From Octopus vulgaris (lineage: Eukaryota): a DNA stretch of 64,000 nucleotides. Where the stretch lies: positions 80,352,001 to 80,416,000 of the forward strand of contig OX597826.1 of NCBI GenBank assembly GCA_951406725.2, read 5' to 3'. Shown here one piece after another: positions 56,649-64,000 of the stretch. The position numbers and the translations under genes are program-made. Positions within the stretch are counted from its first letter, which is position 1; each line of letters begins with the position of its first letter. The notes beneath the pieces are model-generated. The model did no database searches, was not told where the DNA came from, and saw only the letters and a program-made list of their open reading frames with translations.

Positions 56649-57252
56649 CGGGTGAGTAATACGTGTTGAAGAAGTATAGAAACGGAAATAAAGTTGGAAA
56701 TGTACTGGAAGTCTTTGAAAAAAATTATATTTTTCATGTGTGTGTGTGTGTGTGTGCGATCGTGTGTGAATATATGTGTGTGTGTGTGTGTGTACATATA
56801 TACACAATTTGTTAGTGTGTGTCATTCATGTGCAACTAATGTATTCACACACGTTCACACACACATACACACACGTTCACATACATGCACACACACACAC
56901 ACACAAATTCGTACACATGCACGCATGCGCACACCTGCACATTTTAATTAGCACACCTACAACTGGTTTCTCACAAAAGACAGTTTATGATTCTTTTTTC
57001 TTATTAGGTTGTTTCATTTATTGATTTTTTTTTTAATCATTTTTTTTTTTCACGTTTTTATGTAACTTTTATTTAAACATCTCACATTAATGAAATTTTA
57101 ATGCTTTTCATGTAGCTGCTGCGATTCTCGATGTTGTTCTTGTCATTGTTTTGTGTTGTTGTCATCAATGTTTATCTGTGTTTTAATGCGTTGCATTAAT
57201 AGTCCTTGAGGCAAATAGATCGTTGCTATTATTATTATTATTATTATCATCA

Positions 57253-57314
<62 letters not shown>

Positions 57315-57367
57315 GTTATTATTATCATCATCATCATTATTATTATTATTATTATTATTGTTATTAC

Positions 57368-57763
57368 TAAGGCGGCGAGGTAGCATATTCGTTAGCATGC
57401 CGGGCGAAATGAATAGTAGTATTTCGTCTGCTCCTACGTTCCGAGTTCAAATTCCGCATATGGCAAGCGAGTTTATCAGTAAATTAATAAAATACATACA
57501 TACGATATAAGATTACCCGAAACTGTAAGGACATCTGGTAACTTGTCTGAAGAAAGAAGGCCACGAACGACTCGTCCTTTTTTTTTCCTGTCCCTCTAAT
57601 TGTTGTTTTCCCCGTCCCCTTTGTATGGTCTATCTGTCGACTTTTCTTTCATCCTTTCGGGGTCGATTAAAGAAATACCAGTTACGCACTGGGGTCGACA
57701 TAATCGACTTAATCCCTTCCCCCAAACTTGAGGCCTTGTGCTTCCAGTAGAGAGATTATTATT

Positions 57764-57833
<70 letters not shown>

Positions 57834-57849
57834 GATGATGATGATGATT

Positions 57850-57894
<45 letters not shown>

Positions 57895-58250
57895 TTGTTG
57901 TTACTGCTATTCTCATAGCTATAATGATTTACATAAACAATGTGAATTCATATTGTTAGTGGATAAGCATATTAGATAACAATGAATGTTTGATAATAAT
58001 AATAATAAAAACGGTTTCAAATTTTGGCACAAGGCCAGCATTTTCGAGGAAGGGACTAAGTCATTTACATTGGCCACAGTTTTCAACTGGTACTTATTTT
58101 ATTGACCCGGAAAGGGTGGAAAGCAATGTCTACCCCGGCAGTTTTTGAACCCAGAAAGTAAAGGCAGGCCTAACGCTGCTAAGGAATATGTCCGGCACGC
58201 TAATGTTTCTGCCAGATCGCCGCCTTAACAACAACAGCAACAACAACAGC

Positions 58251-58284
<34 letters not shown>

Positions 58285-59058
58285 GAATTATCATTGTTGT
58301 CACAAATGCAGGAATAGTGATGTTTTTTTTCCTAAAGGCGAAACTCAATATGAATGTTAGAGGCACAATTTATACATTTGGATGAAGAAGAAAAATATTA
58401 CTAATTTTGGTACAAGGCCGGCAATTGTGAAGAGTAAAGGGTCAGTTCATTGCATGGACCACAGTATGTAACTGGTACTTATTATATCAACCTATTATAT
58501 CCCCCTACATGGCCTTGCTTTTGCTTTTTGAGCCAAAAAATTAACTTAACTTAACTTAACTAACCTCGGATGGATGAAAACGAAAGCTGACCTCAGCGGC
58601 ATTTGAACTCAGAATTTAAAGGCTCGGAAGGAAAGCATTTGTGTTTTAGGTGGTGGTGGTGGTGGTGGTGGTGGTGTGAGGGAGGGGTTCGATATAATCG
58701 GAACTTTGCTAACTAACTGGTATTCATTCATTTTTCTCATGTGGCCGCTAATTTAAAGTACATTCAAGTACCCTGTTTCCAAATTAAGCATTTCTACCAA
58801 AAGTCTGAAATCTTTATCATTTTTAATTATCACTAAAACAAGGGGAGTTCACAGAACCCTTAGCACACCGGGGGAAATGCCTAGCGACATTTCACCCGTT
58901 CTTACGTTCTGAGTTCAAATTCTACCAAGTTCGCCTTTGCCTTCTCATCCTCTGGGGGTCGGAAAATTATGTACCAGTGATACACTAAGGTCGATGTAAT
59001 CGATTGTTCCCTTCCCTCCAAATTTCGGGCCTTGTGCTCTTAGTAGAAAGGATTATTA
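57368..59058. mobile_element. Cluster of four SINE family B copies among (TAT)n/(TTG)n/(GAT)n
   Basis: + 57368-57755 (interrupted by an H3-like insert at ~57460-57636), - 58010-58227, - 58400-58640, + 58840-59058. Confidence 0.8.
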
Positions 59059-59359
59059 ACCATCATTATGGCAATCATTTGTTTTCTTCGACAGATTCAT
59101 GCAAGTTTTCACTGTTTGTGTGGTGAGTCGAGCATCGTCTTTCGGGGATGCGGAGGAAGTGTGTTCGCATTGCTACAAGTGTTTCCCACGTGTGTGTGTG
59201 GGGGGGGGGTGGATGGCGAGGGGGGGGTAGTGTATTCTTGTGTGTAAGTTTGTATAATAGAATGAAAATGCCAAGAAGCAAACAACAGTTCTCAAGAGTT
59301 CCAATCGTATATACACCCATTTTGTTACGTCATCAGATGTAACATTGCTTGAATTTTAT

Positions 59360-59399
<40 letters not shown>

Positions 59400-59567
59400 C
59401 AGAATGGACACATCATTTGCATGAAAGACTAAAAGAGTACATATACATATATATGTGTGTGTGTAAATATACATTTATGAATATATATACATAAATGTAT
59501 ATATATATATATGCATTTATATATATATACGTATATATATATATATGCACATATACATATAAATATT

Positions 59568-59664
<97 letters not shown>

Positions 59665-59740
59665 ATATAAAGAGAGAGAGCATATACATATATACACAAA
59701 TATATATACATACATTTATATATGTATATATACATACATT

Positions 59741-59911
<171 letters not shown>

Positions 59912-60362
59912 AGGCTTAGTCGCTTCTAGAGATTTTATGCTTTGTCTGTTCGTCGTGTGGACTCCAAGCCATGTGAATGGTATTATTTGGTTGGTAGTTG
60001 ATAGTATTCTCTGAGTGCAATGTGAAGTGTGTTAATGTGTTTTAGTGTCGCACGGTGATGTGCTGGGTAGAAGCCTGTGTGCAACTGCAATATCGATGCA
60101 GACTTTATGTGAAAGGCAATACAGTGTATACACAATATACGATAGACAGTGTGGTGCTTGTACACGAAGGAGATGTACTTTCTCTGTGCAAAGAACTAAG
60201 TATAAAAATGGCTTGTTTTATATTTTTTTAAAAACTGAATATTTGCAACACCCATAGCGTGTGCTTGTAGAGTGCGGGCGTGTGTGCGTGTGTGTGTCTG
60301 TGCGTGTTTGTGCGTGTGTGTGTGTGCGTGTGTGTGTGTGTGTGTGCGTGTGCGCGTGTGTG

Positions 60363-60498
<136 letters not shown>

Positions 60499-60771
60499 GG
60501 TATAACGGAGAATGTGCGGGTTTTGTGGACCCAACAGAGCGGCCACGTCGCATACGTATATGAACTGTAGTCGAAAGTATGTCATGTTTGAGAGGGGTGG
60601 CCATTTTGGCCCGGGTAGAAGACGGCCAAAGCCCACGCTATGCCGCTGGGTTTGTATTTTCACGTTCATTTTTCTTCATAAAGCTTTGTACGTCTTTGCG
60701 TAGAAAATATGATTCGATTCGGCCATTTTTCCGGGTAGCATCCATCTGCCGCTTCTCTTCTACCCTTTCAT

Positions 60772-61152
60772 TTACCGGGTGCCGATGCTCTCCCTTTCTT
60801 TCACCTTATAATTACGCAAACGCAACATTAACAGCACTAGAAGACCTGCATCCTGGCTGGAACGGTGGACTTGGCACGCTGCACGCTTGCACTGACACAC
60901 AGACAACCCTTCTGCGGGCAAATCAGTGCGGTTTCGCTCCTCTCTGTTGCTGGTTGCAGCGGATGCGGGAGTAGTGATAATGTTGCTGTTGGTGTTACTG
61001 CTGCTGGCGCCGCTAGTGGCGGCGGCGGTGCTACTGCTGCTGCTGCTGTGAGGGTTCGTATCTATTGCAAAGCTGGTTGTGTACGACGGGGGGTCAAGCG
61101 GCCGCTGTGCCGACACAGTGGCGACCCGATGCCGGCTGAGGCGCTGGCCCAT
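60772..61152 (-). CDS. Candidate first coding exon or ORF of an unidentified gene (MGQRLS...PPSY, 126 aa if unspliced)
   Basis: Unique GC-richer DNA; acceptor TTATTTCCAG|G at 61181/61180; ATG in AGAATGG context; possible donors GTGAAA (60804) or GTAAAT (60775). No recognisable domain. Confidence 0.35.
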   Translation of the reverse strand: MGQRLSRHRVATVSAQRPLDPPSYTTSFAIDTNPHSSSSSSTAAATSGASSSNTNSNIITTPASAATSNREERNRTDLPAEGLSVCQCKRAACQVHRSSQDAGLLVLLMLRLRNYKVKERESIGTR

Positions 61153-61568
61153 TCTTAGGTGTTCACCTCGAAACCGCAACCTGGAAATAACGCCAACAAG
61201 TGCTTGTCTCTCATTTCACTCTCTCCCTCTCTTTCTCCCTCTCATCTCTCTCTCTCTCTCTCTCTCTCCCTTTCCTTCTCTCTTATATCCACCCACAACA
61301 CTCACACCCCCACCCCCACACGCACTCTATACCATCGGGAGTAGCAGTAACAGAATGCTCTACATGTACATGTAGCTGCTCACTTCGACTACCACGATGC
61401 TGTGTGTACCATCGTAATACCATTACCAGGAACAGCAAGACTGCCACCGCAACCATCAATTACATGAATTCTACCACTACCGTCGACACACCACCACTAC
61501 ACACGCATGCACACGTATGAGTCGTGGTGTCAGTGCTGTGGTTGTAGTATGTTTGGGGGAGGGGTGCA

Positions 61569-61610
<42 letters not shown>

Positions 61611-61828
61611 ATATATGTATATATATATAAGCATATATACACATACATACACACATGTGAATATATATATAAATATATGCACATATACACATACACACAC
61701 ACATATACATATAAGTATATGCATATATATAGATGTATATATGTATATATGTGTGTGCGTGTATGTATATATATATATGTATGTGTGTATATATATATAT
61801 ATATTACATACATATATTTGTGTGTGTG

Positions 61829-61912
<84 letters not shown>

Positions 61913-62276
61913 GCTACCTTTGACACCATTGCCGCTAACATCACAACAACCCACTTCAAACAAATACAGCCTCCATCATTCCAGAACCACATCAATCAAC
62001 AGCCTCGCCGCCAACACCACCGCCACCACCATACTCAGCAACAATTTCATCAATACAACTACAACTACTACTGCTGCTACTGCTGCTACCGTTGCTGCTG
62101 CTGCTGCTGCTGCTGCTGCCATTATTGTCACATATACATCTCTGCTGCCACCGACATCATCGCCGTCGCCAGCAGTTACAGTTGTTTCTTTGTCGTCGAA
62201 CGTCGCCGAGACTGGCAGCATCCGAATGATGCCCTTGTCTCCTGGCAGACAGAACATCAGATCGATCGTTGTGTAC

Positions 62277-62365
<89 letters not shown>

Positions 62366-62710
62366 AGAGAGAAAGAGAGAGGAAGACAAACAGACAGACA
62401 GAACTAGAGGGAGGGAGAGAACAATTGTCAGGTAGAAGAGGGAGGCGGAGGGACACGGAGCTAGACAGAGAAGTCAGACAATAGAGATGTAGACAAGTCT
62501 TGTAGATATATATACAGTTATTTGACTGCGGCCATGCAGGAGCAAATCGACCCCAGGACTTATACTTTGTAAGCCTAGTACTTATTCAATCGGGCTCTTA
62601 TGCCGAACCGCTAAGTTACGGGGACGTAAACACACCAGCATCGGTTGTCAAATGAGGTTGAGGGGACAAACACAGACACACAAACATACACACACACACA
62701 TATATATATA

Positions 62711-62950
62711 TTTTTATTTTTATTTATTTTATTTTATCTAGTTTCAGCTCACGAGCTGTGGCCATGCTGGGGCACGGCCATTTGATGTTGCAACATGATT
62801 TTACTTCACGAATGCTTTGTAGCAATTGCCATTTGGTGCACGAGAGAGTTTGATGCAGCTGCCCTCATCTGCCCTCATCTGCACCTCCTGTCGTGAAGTT
62901 GGTTCATCTGGGACACCTGACAGGAAGAGATCCAGTTTTATTTTAAAGAC
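62711..62950 (-). mobile_element. CR1/L2-type LINE 3' end
   Basis: Minus strand reads VFKIKLDLFLSGVPDEPTSRQEVQMRA-(10-bp duplication)-ASNSLVHQM...*, then ggccgtgccccagcatggccacagctcgtgagctgaaactag(ataaa)n. Confidence 0.8.
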
Positions 62951-62973
62951 ATTTGCATATATGTATGTATTTA

Positions 62974-63034
<61 letters not shown>

Positions 63035-63163
63035 GTATAAGTTAGTGGTGTTTAAACCCTCTAAGTGATATATGTATCCAAAGACACTCCTAAGTAAGTG
63101 TGGTCCTTGGTATAAGGTATACGGCTGCTGCAGGTAATCTAAACGGTAAACCGTAGTTTAATG

Positions 63164-63303
63164 TATATATAGACGATAAGAAAATGGAGCAAAAACAAAA
63201 ATGAGAAGTGTGTCTTCGGTGCTAAAAAGCCATTGTTTAATTAGTAATAGCTTTCTAGCACCAAAGACACACTTCTCATTGTTGTTTTCCCCATTTTCTT
63301 ATC

Positions 63304-63314
<11 letters not shown>
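63164..63314. repeat. ~70-bp-arm fold-back element flanked by TA repeats
   Basis: tatagacgataagaaaatgg...gagaagtgtgtcttcggtgcta pairs with tagcaccaaagacacacttctc...ccattttcttatcgtctata. Confidence 0.9.
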
Positions 63315-63352
<38 letters not shown>

Positions 63353-63751
63353 GACAATCAGTAAGTTTTCGTAATAGAACTCAGAGTTTCAAATGCCGGA
63401 GCTAAGAACTTCGAGGTATTTTCATCGGGTGTTTTTTTTCGGCTAACACTCACAAGGCTTTGGTCGGTCCGAGGCTATAGTAGAAGACACTTGCCTAAGG
63501 AGCCAGGCAGTGGGACTGAACGCGGAACAATGTGGCTGGGAAGCAAACTGCTTACCACACAGCCACGCCTGCGAGAGAGAGGAGGGAAATATATAGAGAT
63601 GGGCATAAATATAAACTTACAGAAATTGAGACATGCATGCATACATACATACATGTCTGTGTGCGTGTGTGTGTAAACATATATGTATTTATGTATGTAT
63701 ATATGGATGTATGTATGCATAAACATACACACACACATAAACATATATATA

Positions 63752-64000
63752 CGTGGTCTGATTAATAAGTATCCGGACTGTTGCCATAGTAACGAAGCTA
63801 AATCACTTAGAGTGAAGCTATTTGGCACAGATTGGCATCGAGCTCTGCAGTGCACGCGCACTAATTTTTACCGTTCTAGCTTACTTCCACTGTTTACAGC
63901 AGTGCTTGGAAGGAAGGTGTGTAGTGTGTGATCGTCGCATTGACCATGACAGAGAAAGTTGAGCAGAGAATCTGCGTCAAATTTTGCCAAAAGCTTGGCG
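63752..64000 (+). mobile_element. Mariner transposon 5' end; transposase starts at 63946 and runs off the window
   Basis: TA plus CGTGGTCTGATTAATAAGTATCCGGACT terminus; ATG at 63946 gives MTEKVEQRICVKFCQKLG, a typical mariner N-terminal EQRxxIKFCxxLG motif. Confidence 0.85.

Larger units (their letters stand above)
62515..63572 (-). mobile_element. SINE family A split by nested inserts
   Basis: 3' half at 62515-62700 and 5' half at 63445-63572, same strand, separated by a LINE end, a fold-back element and SSRs. Confidence 0.75.

Noticed and set aside
61569-62435. Longest ORF in the track (288 aa, + strand) with poly-A/T stretches
   Set aside because: Mostly (TA)n and (GA)n translation; the central unique part is low-complexity in all frames with no domain.

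Overview
Eukaryotic, AT-rich, microsatellite-saturated DNA. Its repeat content resembles that of octopod cephalopod genomes (inference from the tRNA-derived SINE families and SSR density). Almost all ORFs in the track are artefacts of (TA)n, (CA)n, (GA)n, (TAGA)n and (TAA)n repeats, and no identifiable host gene CDS is present. Supported content: (i) several tRNA-derived SINE families in many copies, including a dimeric SINE inside a 15-bp TSD; (ii) CR1/L2-type LINE fragments, one sharing its 3' tail with the commonest SINE; (iii) Penelope-like element (PLE) pieces, including an uninterrupted GIY-YIG endonuclease frame with a fold-back inversion; (iv) several short elements inserted in (TA)n that carry minimal hammerhead-ribozyme motifs and often form inverted repeats; (v) DNA-transposon remnants (hAT, piggyBac-like, Chapaev-like, mariner, Tigger-like) and two MITEs with TSDs; (vi) a few unique, splice-signal-bounded segments on the minus strand, one with a strong-context ATG encoding MGQRLS...PPSY, which may be the 5' end of an unidentified large gene. 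Coordinates of decayed repeats are approximate (tens of bp).
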